From: Clostridia bacterium
GTDB lineage: Bacteria; Bacillota; Clostridia; TANB77; CAG-508
Length of the DNA: 60,863 nt
Reading direction: 5' to 3'
Assembly (NCBI GenBank): GCA_022790575.1
Contig: JAAVXM010000049.1
Location: 1 to 60,863, forward strand
Shown: piece after piece, positions 26,129 to 36,113 of the stretch
How the letters are laid out: each line of letters starts with the position of its first letter
How positions within the stretch are numbered: the stretch's first letter is position 1
The notes under the pieces: generated by a model
Told to the model about the DNA's origin: nothing
The model's database searches: none
Seen by the model: the letters and a program-made list of their open reading frames with translations, nothing else
Made by a program: the position numbers and the translations under genes

Positions 26129-27508
26129 CTATAGTTTTTGGCAAATTTCGAAAAATTTCATTCCATTTGATGCTTTTACTAAAATTACATCATCTTTTTT
26201 GATTTCTTCTTTTAATTTTTCATAAATTTCTTCTTTGTCTTTGAACATTGTTGCATTTACTTTATTATTTAACTTTTTTGCTCCTTCTATTATATATTTT
26301 GATAGTTCTCCTGTACACATTAATATATCAATGTTGTTTTGGGCGATGTCCTCTCCAACTTTTGTATGTAAATCTATGGAATATTCTCCAAGTTCAAACA
26401 TGTCTCCTAAAACTGCAATTCTTCGATTTGCTTCATATTTTGCAAGATATTCTATACTTGCTTTCATTGCTTCATAACTTGCATTATAACTGTCATTTAT
26501 TAATGTTGCTCCATTTTCTAGTTTTCTTATTTCCATTCTTTTTTTTGTTAATTCAAAACTACTTATTCCTTGTTGAATTAATTCACTGTCTATGTTTAAT
26601 ATTTCTCCTACTTTTACAGCTGATAATGCATTATATACAAAATGCTCTCCTCCTACTGGAACTGTAATTTCTGTTTTCTCATCTTTTTCTTCTGCTATAA
26701 ATGTACTACTTTCTTGCTTTAAGTTTATTTCTTTTGCCATTACTTCACTTCTATTTTGAATTCCATATGTATGTATTTCTATATTGCTTTTATTTGTTTC
26801 ATACCAATTGTGTAATAAATCATTATCATTATTTATTACTATCTTTGGCTCTTCCATTCCATTTAATATTTCTAATTTTGCTTTTAATATGTTTTCTCTT
26901 GAGCCTAAATTTCCTATGTGTGATGTTCCAATATTTGTTATTACTGCCAGTGTAGGCTTAGCTATTCGCGTTAACAAGTCTATTTCTCCAAGATGATTCA
27001 TTCCCATTTCTATTACCATTGCTTCATGGTCCTTTAAACCTAATATTGTAAATGGTAATCCTATGTTATTATTTCTATTTCCTTCTGTTTTTAATGTTTT
27101 ATATTTCATTTTTACAACATTTGCAATAATGTCTTTTGTACTCGTTTTTCCTACACTTCCTGTTATTGCTACTACTGGAATGTTATACAGACTTCTTTTG
27201 TATTCTGCAATCTTATGTAATGCTTGTAGTGTATTTTCAACCATTACTATTGTTTTATCTGCATAAGCCTCTTTTTCTTCTGGGGTTATCTCTTTGCCTT
27301 GTATTATTACAGCTCCTGCTCCATTGTCTAATGCTTCTTTCCAAAAATCACTTCCATCAAATCTTTCTCCTTTTATTCCTATGTATATATCTCCCTTTTG
27401 TATTTCTCTTGTGTCCCTTGAAAAGTCACTACATATTAAGTCTTCATTTCCTACTACTAATTCTCCATTTGTCATTTGTACTATATCTTTTACTTTTATC
27501 TCTTTCAT
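26129..27508 (-). CDS. murF: UDP-N-acetylmuramoyl-tripeptide--D-alanyl-D-alanine ligase
   Basis: Mur ligase P-loop ITGSVGKTSTKD and the overall MurF layout. Confidence 0.9.
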   Translation of the reverse strand: MKEIKVKDIVQMTNGELVVGNEDLICSDFSRDTREIQKGDIYIGIKGERFDGSDFWKEALDNGAGAVIIQGKEITPEEKEAYADKTIVMVENTLQALHKIAEYKRSLYNIPVVAITGSVGKTSTKDIIANVVKMKYKTLKTEGNRNNNIGLPFTILGLKDHEAMVIEMGMNHLGEIDLLTRIAKPTLAVITNIGTSHIGNLGSRENILKAKLEILNGMEEPKIVINNDNDLLHNWYETNKSNIEIHTYGIQNRSEVMAKEINLKQESSTFIAEEKDEKTEITVPVGGEHFVYNALSAVKVGEILNIDSELIQQGISSFELTKKRMEIRKLENGATLINDSYNASYEAMKASIEYLAKYEANRRIAVLGDMFELGEYSIDLHTKVGEDIAQNNIDILMCTGELSKYIIEGAKKLNNKVNATMFKDKEEIYEKLKEEIKKDDVILVKASNGMKFFEICQKL

Positions 27509-27720
27509 TTTTTATTCCTTTCTAAGAGCATTAGTTTAATTGTTTAATCTGCTCTTCCATAATTTTATTTTATTATATTCAATTTTTTTAACAAATGCAA
27601 TTCATATATCTTAAAATTTTAATATATATGTCGATGACTTTCATATATTAAAATTCTTATATAGACCTATCTTGTAAAAAATGTTATAATATAATTATTA
27701 AACCCAAGGAGGTATTTCGA

Positions 27721-27936
27721 ATGAAAGCACCATACACTTACCAAGGCAAACATTTGCAACATGAAGAGATTTTTCGGTCTCCATTTGCAAAACCCACAAG
27801 GGAAGCTGCAGAAGAGGTTCTTAAAATGATTAGAACCCAATATTCTCACTATTATGGGTGGGTTGAGCTTGATGCATGGATTGAGGAAACACCCAATGGC
27901 TTTGTCGCAATGCGACATCATGCAATGTACAAATAA
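27721..27936 (+). CDS. hypothetical 71-aa protein, compositional outlier
   Basis: AAGGAGG RBS, an extended -10 (TGTTATAAT) upstream, a strong terminator downstream, and visibly higher GC than its neighbours. Confidence 0.6.
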   Translation: MKAPYTYQGKHLQHEEIFRSPFAKPTREAAEEVLKMIRTQYSHYYGWVELDAWIEETPNGFVAMRHHAMYK

Positions 27937-27952
27937 CATAGCATGATAAAAC

Positions 27953-27999
27953 AAACGGTTTCAAGAGTTTAGTCAAATGACACTCTTGAAACCGTTTTA
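27953..27999. terminator. bidirectional terminator hairpin
   Basis: AACGGTTTCAAGAGT ... ACTCTTGAAACCGTT plus a T run. Confidence 0.65.
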
Positions 28000-28017
28000 A
28001 TTAATTCTACCTAAAAA

Positions 28018-28197
28018 CTATTGATTTTCCACTGCTCTATTTGCAATTTCAATTGCTTTAGAAACTATACTACCACATGTTTTTGAAGATACATTTTCCC
28101 AACTTCCACCATCTCTTTTTACTTGGTCATATACGCCTAATTCTTTGGCTATTTCTGTTCGTAAGTTTTCAGATATTAATTTGTTATTCTTAGACAT
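28018..28197 (-). CDS. alpha/beta-type small acid-soluble spore protein
   Basis: MSKNNKLISENLRTEIAKELGV...SKTCGSIVSKAIEIA is the SASP pattern. GGAAAGGAGAG RBS. Confidence 0.85.
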   Translation of the reverse strand: MSKNNKLISENLRTEIAKELGVYDQVKRDGGSWENVSSKTCGSIVSKAIEIANRAVENQ

Positions 28198-28326
28198 AAT
28201 GTAGTCTCTCCTTTCCAAATTCAATCTGTTTTACGGACCGCTTCGAAAAAATTATTTAATTTTTTCACTTATATTATATGCACTTTTTCGTTTTTTATTT
28301 TTTCAATTTCTGTCAAAAATTTTAAA

Positions 28327-29658
28327 TTATTCTGTCAAAGTTCCATTTGGTGTATTTGTAATTATTAATATATCTTCTTCTTTACCTGTTTCTGCATTAA
28401 TATATGAGATAAAATCAATATCCTCTATCGTTCCTTTAAATTCATAACAATAGATTTCAGTCATCCATTCAGTTGGAATTATTGCTAACCCTTCACTTGT
28501 AACATTAGCTTTATTACTCAAACTTTTTCTTGCCTCTTCAATAGAAACTTTTGCAGTTGGGATGTTTCTCTTATTATGGCAATTTAGATATCCAGTTGTT
28601 TCTAATCCAATAACTTCTCCATTATCTAATGCAATCTTTACTTTTATTAAATCTGGATAAATTGTTACATTATCTTGACTATATGCGTAATTTACTGTTA
28701 AAAATCCATATTCTTTTAAATAATATGTTTCCTTCATATTATTAAATCCTTTGCTTGCTAAATATTTTTTTCCTATTTGTACTGCTTCATCTTCTTTTAT
28801 CTTTTCTTCTGAAATCTCCCTATTATAATTTAGGAAAACTACATGTCCACCTTTTTTTGATATTGATATACCTATTTTTTGATTTTCATTTGTTGTCATT
28901 TCAAATCTATAAACTGGTATATCTCCATTTTCTACTAATCCATTATTTTGAGTTTCTTTTATTTTATCTCTTCCAATAAATTCTTCTGCTTTTTGTTTAG
29001 CTGTTTCTTCATCAATATCTTCTCCTACTAAACCTTTTTTATCTTGACTTGTCATGTGTTCTGAAAATGCACCATCATATATTAAGCCTGTAAATTCATG
29101 AAAGTTCTCTTCTACTACATTAAATGTGCTTACCTCTGGAATTTCTGAACCTTCTGTATTTTCCATTAGATTTTCCCAGTTCAATGTTCCATTATTCAAT
29201 TCTTCTGACATTTCATTTAATGTATTTGATAAATCATTACAATAATTATATAGTTCCTTTATTTTGTTCATATCTTCATCTGTTAACTCTTTTCCATCTA
29301 TGTTTTGTCTTGAAAGTGTATAACTATACTCACTCACTTGATTTAAAAATTTCTCTGTATTTTCCAATTCTTGACTTTCTATTGGTAACATTCCCAAATA
29401 TACTTGTGCCAAATTAGATTCCCTCCACACATGTGTTAACATTAATGCTCCATGTTCAGAAGATTTTGAAATCATACTTTTAGCAAGATATGTTTTTACA
29501 TTTTGTACATAGTCTACAACTTCATAAAATGCTTTATTATAATCATTCTCTTTTGTTATAGAATATGCCTCACTTTTATTTCTGAAAAAATATGCTAAAA
29601 TTGCCATTGCCACAATTAAAATTATTGTTAATGCTATCCATACTTTATTTGACTTCAT
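28327..29658 (-). CDS. ypeB: germination protein YpeB-like (PepSY domains)
   Basis: N-terminal TM segment, ~440 aa, and PepSY-like C-terminal repeats (YINAETGKEEDILII). Confidence 0.65.
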   Translation of the reverse strand: MKSNKVWIALTIILIVAMAILAYFFRNKSEAYSITKENDYNKAFYEVVDYVQNVKTYLAKSMISKSSEHGALMLTHVWRESNLAQVYLGMLPIESQELENTEKFLNQVSEYSYTLSRQNIDGKELTDEDMNKIKELYNYCNDLSNTLNEMSEELNNGTLNWENLMENTEGSEIPEVSTFNVVEENFHEFTGLIYDGAFSEHMTSQDKKGLVGEDIDEETAKQKAEEFIGRDKIKETQNNGLVENGDIPVYRFEMTTNENQKIGISISKKGGHVVFLNYNREISEEKIKEDEAVQIGKKYLASKGFNNMKETYYLKEYGFLTVNYAYSQDNVTIYPDLIKVKIALDNGEVIGLETTGYLNCHNKRNIPTAKVSIEEARKSLSNKANVTSEGLAIIPTEWMTEIYCYEFKGTIEDIDFISYINAETGKEEDILIITNTPNGTLTE

Positions 29659-29774
29659 TTTTATTCCTCCTATTTTATATTTGTTTATATTATTTTGTTT
29701 TTTTTTTCAAAAATTATACAATTTTTTATTTTTATGATAAAATAATTAAAAAGATTTTTAAATAAGAGGTTAAT

Positions 29775-30899
29775 ATGAAAAAAGTAATTATATTTTATGC
29801 ATCTTATGGTGGAGGGCATTTATCAGCTGGTCGTTCAATAAAAGAAACTATAGAGTCTAACTATAAAGATGTTGATGTTAAATTGGTTGATTGTATGGAA
29901 TATGTTAATAAAGTTGTAAATAAAGTTACTACAACAGCTTATTCAGAAATGGCAAAAAAGGCTCCTCGCACATGGGGGAGAGTATATTGGAAATCTCAAA
30001 CAGGTCCTCTTGCTCATATAAGTACAACTTCTAATAAAGTTTTATCTATTAAATTAAATAAATTGCTAAAAGATTTTAAACCAGATTTGATAATTTCTAC
30101 ACATCCTTTTGGGAGCCAAATGTGTGCATACTTGAAAAAATTGGGAAAATTGGATAGCAAAATTGCTACTGTTATGACAGACTATGCACCACATGACCAA
30201 TGGCTTGTTTTAAGTGATTATGTTGATTATTTTTTCGTATCACATGAAGGGATGAAAAAACAATTGAATTCTAAAGGTATTGCTAACAGCAAGATTTTTG
30301 CGACTGGAATTCCACTTTCTAATAGATTTTTACAAAATTATGATAAACTGAAAACTTTAGAAAGTTTTGGACTTCAGCCAGATAGAAAAACTATACTCTT
30401 TTTCGGTGGTGGTGAATTTGGTTTAGGAAAATCTCAGACTTTCAAAGTTTTTAAATCTTTAGTTCAATGTCACCAAAATATACAAGTTGTTGCAATCTCT
30501 GGAAAAAATGCTAAAATGAAAGAAAATTTTGAAAATTTAGTTGAAGATTTAGATAAACACGATTTTGTAAAAGTTCTTTCCTATACTGATAAAGTACCTG
30601 AACTTATGAGTATCTCTGATTTAGTAGTTACTAAGCCTGGTGGACTTACTACTACTGAAAGTTTGGCATCTGGCTTGCCTATTGTAGTTATAAACCCTAT
30701 ACCAGGTCAAGAGGAGGAGAATGCTACCTATCTTGAACAAAATAAGGTTGCTATTTGGATTAGAAAAAATGATGATGTTGAAAAAATATTGGGAGATTTG
30801 TTCTCTAATCCTGTTAAAATGAAAAGAATGAAAATAAGAGCTAGATTACTTTCTAAAAAGAATTCTACTAAGGATATTTGCGAGATTTTGCTAGGATAA
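29775..30899 (+). CDS. ugtP: MGDG synthase family glycosyltransferase (diacylglycerol glucosyltransferase, UgtP-like)
   Basis: MKKVIIFYASYGGGHLSAGRSI N-terminus and a GT28-type C-terminal region (KPGGLTTTESLASGLP). Confidence 0.75.
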   Translation: MKKVIIFYASYGGGHLSAGRSIKETIESNYKDVDVKLVDCMEYVNKVVNKVTTTAYSEMAKKAPRTWGRVYWKSQTGPLAHISTTSNKVLSIKLNKLLKDFKPDLIISTHPFGSQMCAYLKKLGKLDSKIATVMTDYAPHDQWLVLSDYVDYFFVSHEGMKKQLNSKGIANSKIFATGIPLSNRFLQNYDKLKTLESFGLQPDRKTILFFGGGEFGLGKSQTFKVFKSLVQCHQNIQVVAISGKNAKMKENFENLVEDLDKHDFVKVLSYTDKVPELMSISDLVVTKPGGLTTTESLASGLPIVVINPIPGQEEENATYLEQNKVAIWIRKNDDVEKILGDLFSNPVKMKRMKIRARLLSKKNSTKDICEILLG

Positions 30900-30911
30900 A
30901 TATTGTTTTAA

Positions 30912-30951
30912 AAAGCTCTTTGAAAAAGTTTTACCTTTTTCAAAGAGCTTT
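30912..30951. terminator. bidirectional terminator hairpin
   Basis: AAAGCTCTTTGAAAAAG ... CTTTTTCAAAGAGCTTT. Confidence 0.65.
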
Positions 30952-31005
30952 AACAATATAATTTTATCTACTTCTTCTTATTTCTAGAACATGTCTTATA
31001 AGTCT

Positions 31006-31605
31006 TTATATTTCTCTTCTTCCTTCCAATGCCTTTGTCAATGTAATTTCATCTGTATATTCTAAGTCTCCTCCTACTGGAATTCCATGAGCAATTCTAG
31101 TAACTTTAACTCCCAGTGGTTTTATTAATTTAGATAAATACATAGCTGTTGCCTCGCCCTCTACTCTTGGGTTTGTTGCAAGTATTACTTCTTTTACTTG
31201 ACCATCCATAAGTCTAGCAAGTAATTCTTTTATTTTTATATCTTCTGGTCCAATTCCATTCATTGGAGATATTGAGCCATGTAATACATGGTATACACCT
31301 TTAAACTCATGTGTTCTTTCCATTGCTATTATGTCTCTTACATCTTCTACAACACATATATTTGACTGGTCTCTTTTAGGATTTCCACAAATTACACAAG
31401 GGTCTGTATCTGATATATTGAAACATTTACTACAATATTTTAAGTTCTTTTTTGCATTTATAATTGATGATACAAATTCATTTGTTTCTTCTTCTGATGC
31501 ATTTAATATATAAAATGCAAGCCTCGCTGCTGTTTTATTCCCTATACTTGGTAATTTTTCGAAACTTTGTATTAGTTTTTCAATTGATGGTGAATAATAT
31601 GACAT
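31006..31605 (-). CDS. recR: recombination protein RecR
   Basis: HhH N-terminus, C4 zinc finger ([16 protein letters not shown]) and a Toprim domain. Confidence 0.95.
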   Translation of the reverse strand: MSYYSPSIEKLIQSFEKLPSIGNKTAARLAFYILNASEEETNEFVSSIINAKKNLKYCSKCFNISDTDPCVICGNPKRDQSNICVVEDVRDIIAMERTHEFKGVYHVLHGSISPMNGIGPEDIKIKELLARLMDGQVKEVILATNPRVEGEATAMYLSKLIKPLGVKVTRIAHGIPVGGDLEYTDEITLTKALEGRREI

Positions 31606-31627
31606 TTTGTACTCCTTTTTAAGTTGA

Positions 31628-31972
31628 TTACATTAAACCTGGAATATTATATTTACCCATTGATGCTGATTGAGCATCATCAACTTGTTTGAATGCTTGA
31701 TTTATACATGTTATAATTAAATCTTGTAACATTTCTACATCATCTGGGTCTACAACATCTTTTTGTAATTCTAAGCTTAGTATCTGTTTTTGACCATTAA
31801 CTTTTACATTTACAGCCCCTCCACCAGCTGATGCCTCAAATTCTTTTACTGCAAGTTCAGTTTGTGACTTTTCAATATCTGCTTGCATTTTCTTTGCTTC
31901 TTTCATTAAATTATTGATGTTCATTCCACCAAATCCTCCCATACCTCCTGGGAATCCACCTCTTTTTGCCAT
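31628..31972 (-). CDS. ybaB: nucleoid-associated protein YbaB/EbfC
   Basis: Size, a Gly-rich N-terminus, and the dnaX-ybaB-recR synteny. Confidence 0.9.
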   Translation of the reverse strand: MAKRGGFPGGMGGFGGMNINNLMKEAKKMQADIEKSQTELAVKEFEASAGGGAVNVKVNGQKQILSLELQKDVVDPDDVEMLQDLIITCINQAFKQVDDAQSASMGKYNIPGLM

Positions 31973-32007
31973 TGTTTATCCTCCTTAATTATTTTTTTCT
32001 TTTAATT

Positions 32008-33636
32008 TTAATTTAATACATCAAATGGAATATCAAATCCATTTGCAAAGTCTAAGAGTTCTTGCTCTTCTGACATTTCATTTTGTTGTGGTTTTGTGTC
32101 TATATATTTTATACGCATTTCTTTTCCACATGCTATTGAAATTTGATTAGAGATTTCTGAAATATTTTCTGGTCTATCTAACACAGTTTTACTAAATGAA
32201 GTTATTCCCTCTGGGAATTCAATTCCTACTGTCATATCATTTATTTCTACAGCATTTGTGTTTAATAAATTAGTATATAACATTATTTTTCCATTACTTT
32301 TAAAATTGTTTACTACATCATTCCAATATTGTGCTGGTTTCTTGTCTTTTCCAATTCCTTGAATTGCTTCAACATTCATTTTAGGTTTCTCACTTTTAGT
32401 TGCTACATTTTTTTTTTGAGTTGTGTTTTGACCTTTTGATACTACATTTGCTGAACGCAAATAGTTTTCTATTTTTTCTATTCTACTATATAAATCACTA
32501 TTATTTCCTATATTGACACTCTCTATATTATTGTTAGATGTAACTACTTGTGTTTCAATTTCTTTGTTGCATAATTTTATTATTCCTGCTTGAAATATTA
32601 TTTGCCTCTGTGTTGATAATCTCATATCATTTTCTAATTTTGATAATTCATATATTAGTTTTATTGCTCTTTCTTTTTCAATATTTCCTGATAACTGTTG
32701 TAATTTACTATAGTCTTCTTCATTGTATATTGATAGCTTTTGCCCTGTTTTTACCATTAATATATCTTTTATGTATTTTATTATTTCCCATAGTAAATTA
32801 TTTAGGTCTTTTCCTTCATCTAATACAATATTTATTGTTTCCATTACTTTGTCTATAGTGTATTCTGTTATTGCTTCTACTATTGCATGTATATATTCTG
32901 TTTTGGGTATCCCTACTAGTTCTTTTACTTTGTCTTCGTCTATACTGTTTTCACCATCTTGTACACATCTTTCTAATATTGATAGCGCATCTCTCATTGC
33001 TCCTTCTGATAGTGATGCTATTATTATTAGCGCTTGCTCTGTTGCTTGTATATTACTTTCTTTACATACAATTTCTAGCCTTTTTACTATGTCTTCATTT
33101 GATATCCTTTTGAAGTCGAATCTTTGACATCTTGATAGTATTGTTGCTGGCAGTTTTTGTGGTTCTGTTGTTGCTAATATGAATTTTACATGTTCTGGCG
33201 GCTCTTCTAATGTTTTTAATAGTGCATTAAATGCCCCCTGTGATAACATATGTACTTCGTCTATTATATATACTCTATATTTTGCTTTTGTTGGTAAAAA
33301 GTTTACTTCTTCTCTTATTGACCTTATGTCCTCAACACTGTTATTTGATGCAGCATCCATTTCTACTATGTCTGTTAATGCTCCTGATATGGCTGCTTTG
33401 CATATCTCACATTCATTACATGGTTCTCCTTCTTTTGGGTCTAAACAGTTTATTGCTCTTGCTAATACTTTTGCTGATGTGGTTTTTCCTGTTCCTCTTC
33501 CTCCATTGAATAAGTATGCATGTCCTACTCTGTTTGATTTTATCTGGTTTTTTAGTGTCCTTGTTATGCTTTCTTGCCCTACCATTTCACTGAATGTTTG
33601 TGGTCTGAATTTTCTATAAAGCGCTGTGTACCCCAT
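32008..33636 (-). CDS. dnaX: DNA polymerase III subunit gamma/tau
   Basis: YRKFRPQTFSEMVGQ, Walker A GGRGTGKTT, a zinc module (CNECEIC) and the SRC motif. Confidence 0.93.
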   Translation of the reverse strand: MGYTALYRKFRPQTFSEMVGQESITRTLKNQIKSNRVGHAYLFNGGRGTGKTTSAKVLARAINCLDPKEGEPCNECEICKAAISGALTDIVEMDAASNNSVEDIRSIREEVNFLPTKAKYRVYIIDEVHMLSQGAFNALLKTLEEPPEHVKFILATTEPQKLPATILSRCQRFDFKRISNEDIVKRLEIVCKESNIQATEQALIIIASLSEGAMRDALSILERCVQDGENSIDEDKVKELVGIPKTEYIHAIVEAITEYTIDKVMETINIVLDEGKDLNNLLWEIIKYIKDILMVKTGQKLSIYNEEDYSKLQQLSGNIEKERAIKLIYELSKLENDMRLSTQRQIIFQAGIIKLCNKEIETQVVTSNNNIESVNIGNNSDLYSRIEKIENYLRSANVVSKGQNTTQKKNVATKSEKPKMNVEAIQGIGKDKKPAQYWNDVVNNFKSNGKIMLYTNLLNTNAVEINDMTVGIEFPEGITSFSKTVLDRPENISEISNQISIACGKEMRIKYIDTKPQQNEMSEEQELLDFANGFDIPFDVLN

Positions 33637-33658
33637 ATTTTCACATCCTTTATATTTT

Positions 33659-33801
33659 AAAAAATGGTTTGAGCCCCAATCTCTCTATGGAAAACAATTC
33701 CCACATAAAAGTATCTACTTATTGCTGCTTCCTTCCGGACCTGACAAGGTTCATAGGCTTTTATTGAGCTTGCTTTCCATACAAAGGTTGGTTCTCATAC
33801 C
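33659..33801 (-). ncRNA. ffs: signal recognition particle RNA (short form, no Alu domain)
   Basis: The minus strand contains the domain IV core CUUGUCAGGUCCGGAAGGAAGCAGC. The 5' and 3' ends pair into a long closing helix. It ends in a U run, has its own promoter, and occupies the classic position upstream of dnaX. Confidence 0.8.
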
Positions 33802-33807
33802 ATTGTT

Positions 33808-33836
33808 ATTATATAATGTAATTGCAAAATTTGCAA
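33808..33836 (-). promoter_or_regulatory. sigma-A promoter of the SRP RNA
   Basis: TTGCAA (33836-33831), a 17-nt spacer and TATAAT (33813-33808). The predicted start is near the GGTATGAG at 33801. Confidence 0.6.
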
Positions 33837-33902
33837 TATGTTTTTATTAAAAAATACTATATCAATATTTTAATTTTTTATTATATAAGATTAAATGCAA
33901 TA

Positions 33903-34646
33903 TTAGTTTTCTATTCTTTTGAATATAACATTATTAAAGTCTGTGATTTCTATTCCTTTTACCCCTTCTTCAATAATGCTTTCTGATGGAATGTCTAAGT
34001 CTATTGTTGCTTGGTATTTTCTTCCTCCTTTTAATTCAATTGTCATATCAAAACTTATTTTTGTTTGTATGTCTTCTTGTTTTACATTTGTTAATTTTAG
34101 TAGTTCACTATGGTTTATTTCTTGATTATCTTCTGAATTAAATTTTGATATGTTGTTTATTGCATATCTGAATGCAATTTTTCCACCTTGGTTTGATATT
34201 ATCTGTTCTTTTATATTTGATTGTAGTCCACCTTCATATATAATTTGTTGTGTTTCATTTTCTACTGTATTTATAAACATCTTTTTTTGGTCTTTTACTG
34301 GTTTATATATTTTAGCTTCTCCTGTATTATTTGTTTTATTGATTTTTATATTTTCTATTTTTATATTTTCTATGATTTCTGTTTTACTATAATGCTCATT
34401 TTTTTCTATATATATATATATATCATTGTTTTGATTGACATTAAATCCCCATCTTTTTTGCTCTTCTTCTACTTCTATTCCTTCTACACTTTGTATTAAT
34501 GATATTTTTTTGATATCAAATGGCATGTTCGCTTCACCTTCGACTTGATATTTTAACACAAAAACTCCTGCTATACATAATAAAATAAATATTATAACTA
34601 TTACTGTAATTATATGAAATATTTTCTTACTTACATTTCTATACAT
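33903..34646 (-). CDS. hypothetical membrane-anchored protein
   Basis: N-terminal TM helix and a native-looking 247-aa ORF. It contains an in-frame (TA)8.5 run. Confidence 0.65.
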   Translation of the reverse strand: MYRNVSKKIFHIITVIVIIFILLCIAGVFVLKYQVEGEANMPFDIKKISLIQSVEGIEVEEEQKRWGFNVNQNNDIYIYIEKNEHYSKTEIIENIKIENIKINKTNNTGEAKIYKPVKDQKKMFINTVENETQQIIYEGGLQSNIKEQIISNQGGKIAFRYAINNISKFNSEDNQEINHSELLKLTNVKQEDIQTKISFDMTIELKGGRKYQATIDLDIPSESIIEEGVKGIEITDFNNVIFKRIEN

Positions 34647-34659
34647 CGTTTTTCCTCCG

Positions 34660-35139
34660 TTATTTCTTCATTTTTCTTAATTCTTTAAAGAATTTTTTTA
34701 GTATGCCCTCACATTCTTTTTGCAGTATGTTTTTTTCTATCTCTACTTGGTGGTTAAATGTATAATCTTTAAATAAGTTTAGCTTTGACCCTGCTGCTCC
34801 TGTTTTTTCGTCCATTGTTCCTATATATATCTTTTTTATCCTTGAGTTTATTATTGCCCCTGCACACATTGGGCATGGCTCTAATGTTATATACATCTCA
34901 CAGTCTGTTAATCTCCACGTTTTTAGCTTTTTACTTGCTTTTTGTATTGCCATTATTTCTGCATGTTTTGTGGTGTCTAGTTTCATTTCTTTTTGGTTGT
35001 GCGCTCTTGCTATAATTTCTCCATTTTTTACTATTATTGCTCCTACTGGTACTTCTAATTTCTTATATGCTTTTTCTGCTTCTTTTAATGCTTCTTTCAT
35101 ATATTTTTTGTTGTCTTTTTCTTCGTCTATTTTTAACAC
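34660..35139 (-). CDS. tadA: tRNA adenosine(34) deaminase
   Basis: HAEIMAI ... PCPMCAGAI CDA zinc motifs. Confidence 0.9.
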   Translation of the reverse strand: MLKIDEEKDNKKYMKEALKEAEKAYKKLEVPVGAIIVKNGEIIARAHNQKEMKLDTTKHAEIMAIQKASKKLKTWRLTDCEMYITLEPCPMCAGAIINSRIKKIYIGTMDEKTGAAGSKLNLFKDYTFNHQVEIEKNILQKECEGILKKFFKELRKMKK

Positions 35140-35432
35140 TTTCTTTCTATTTTTTTACTTCTTTTATATTCTAAATTTAACATAATTTCTTCTATTTTGC
35201 AAGCGATTTTTTATATATTTTGACTTTTCTTTTCAGGTTCTTTTTATGTGAATTATATTATTGTTTTTCCTCTGTTCTGCACAAGAAAATAGTGTATAAA
35301 TTTTTTTTTTAATTTACACACTTATAATACAATATCACGCGAGAATAGAGAAGCCAGTAGCAAAATCGCATTTGCTAGTTTTTTATCCAATTAACACAAC
35401 TCCTTCTTTTATAAGATTAATATAAAAAGGTT

Positions 35433-35706
35433 TTATTCTTCAAACTTATTTATATTTCTTACCAATGTAGATATTATAATTCCTTGTTCTATTTCTATAT
35501 CTGCACTTTTTTCCCATATTTTAATACTATACTCATTTATTTCTTTATTTGATAAGTCTGTCAAAACTATTATATATATATCTGAATTTTTATTATAATC
35601 ACCTCGTGCATATGAACCATATAGCACTATTTTTTAATCTGCTTCCTAATATTGTTTTTATTTCTTCTAAAAAGTCATTTAATGTCTTTTTAGTATTATT
35701 GGGCAT
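35433..35706 (-). pseudogene. MNT-type nucleotidyltransferase (HEPN/MNT antitoxin-like), frameshifted
   Basis: GAGGTGG RBS and ATG at 35706 give MPNNTKKTLNDFLEEIKTILGSRLKN. The GSYARGD core continues in another frame (LYGSYARGDYNKNSDIYIIV). The shift falls at an A6 run (35630-35635). Confidence 0.65.
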
Positions 35707-35770
35707 ATCATCCACCTCAATTCCTTTACTATATAATTATGCTCTTGCTTTTATTTTACTTCATATCATA

Positions 35771-35800
35771 AAAAATAGCAAGTTCAACTTGCTATTTTTT
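35771..35800. terminator. bidirectional terminator hairpin
   Basis: AATAGCAAG-TTCAA-CTTGCTATT flanked by A5 and T6. Confidence 0.6.
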
Positions 35801-35963
35801 ATTACGAATTTGTACACCTCACTTCAAAATGTACTCTTCATATATTGGTGCACTCTCTCACATGCTACATAAGTGATAGCTATAAGTTTTGAATAATGCT
35901 TTGGATATAAACAGAGAAGCAATAGTTATTAACATGTACCATAAGCGAAAAAAACTTATACTT

Positions 35964-36113
35964 TTAGCGTTCTATTTGCACTTTGAAATCAGATTTTAGA
36001 GAAATTAGGGGTGATATTCCAAAATTATTACCTGAGCCATAATAGTGCAAGATTGCATTATATCCACTTATCAAACACACTGCTCCACCATTAAAACATG
36101 ATGGTGAAGCCAG
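35964..36113 (-). other. in-frame continuation of the pilin-like Big_2 gene beyond its TGA stop
   Basis: Reads LASPSCFNGGAVCLISGYNAILHYYGSGNNFGISPLISLKSDFKVQIER and ends at TAA 35966-35964. Confidence 0.5.

Noticed and set aside
27667-27954. The 95-aa minus-strand ORF overlapping the 71-aa gene.
   Set aside because: It has no RBS and an odd Cys/Phe-rich translation. The plus-strand gene has a promoter, an SD and a terminator.
33659-33801. The SRP RNA being truncated, at about 143 nt against the ~270-nt Bacillus form.
   Set aside because: A consensus promoter lies immediately upstream. The 5' and 3' ends pair into a closing helix. The flanking sequence is unstructured and AT-rich. It is most simply a naturally short SRP RNA without an Alu domain.
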